A DNA stretch of 64,000 nt from Chiloscyllium plagiosum (Eukaryota), in assembly GCF_004010195.1 (NCBI RefSeq), contig NC_057752.1:13630104-13694103 (forward strand). Reading direction: 5' to 3'. The notes under the pieces are model-generated. The model did no database searches, was not told the origin of the DNA, and worked only from the letters and a program-made list of their open reading frames with translations. A program made the translations under genes and the position numbers. Below are positions 63,597 through 64,000 of this stretch, piece after piece (position 1 is the stretch's first letter; each line of letters opens with the position of its first letter).

Positions 63597-64000
63597 CAGA
63601 GGAACCTCGATTATCCGAACGAGATGGGCAGGCACTATTTCATTTAGGTAACTGATTATTCGGTTAATGATTCATTGCCTCTCCTCTGGGGCCTGTAGTT
63701 TTCTGTAGTTGCCTATTTCCTCTCTCTGCCTGCCTTGCTCCCTCTCTCTGTCTCAGGGTTTGTTTCTGAGCAGACACACACTTGTGTGTAAGGGAGCTGC
63801 AGCATTACTGAAGCCTCTAGCACCTCCCACCCCATCAGTTCAATGGGATTGACAGAGTGAGCACTTGCTATGTCCGCTCCCCGTACAGGAGACTAGACAG
63901 CAGCACACCCACCACTCCACCCGCCTTCTCCCTCGCCCCCGACACCCCCCCCACCCCCCCCACATGCGCCCCTGTCCTGCTGTCCCCTGAACGCCCCAGT
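63597..64000 (+). mobile_element. Tigger-like DNA transposon left end, running off the window
   Basis: TA|CAGAGGAACCTCGATTATCCGAAC terminal motif after a (TAAA)n/TA tract that ends a CR1 fragment. Confidence 0.55.

Overview
Eukaryotic, repeat-rich vertebrate DNA with three assembly gaps. The repeat content (HE1-like SINEs, HER1/CR1 LINEs, a SacSINE1-like DeuSINE) points to a cartilaginous fish, most likely a shark; this is an inference. The only host gene I can support is the 5' part of OS9 (ER lectin, ERAD) on the minus strand. It has seven coding exons between 25330 and ~1326 that splice in frame, a GC-AG first intron, and a CpG-rich promoter with UPR-type motifs. The gene continues beyond the left edge. 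The rest is CR1, RTE, Rex1/Babar-like and Tx1-like LINE fragments, SINEs, Tigger-like MITEs and many Penelope-like element (PLE) fragments. The most notable non-obvious signal is a set of minimal hammerhead ribozyme motifs (CUGANGA - stem II - GAA + palindromic ACGU/AGCU) from at least three PLE families. Many sit in fold-back structures, including a ~1.6 kb palindrome carrying four ribozyme cores and two hairpins inside OS9 intron 1. A 53-bp minisatellite also expands repeatedly from inside HE1-like SINEs. Repeat boundaries are read by eye and are approximate; exon boundaries were counted exactly.
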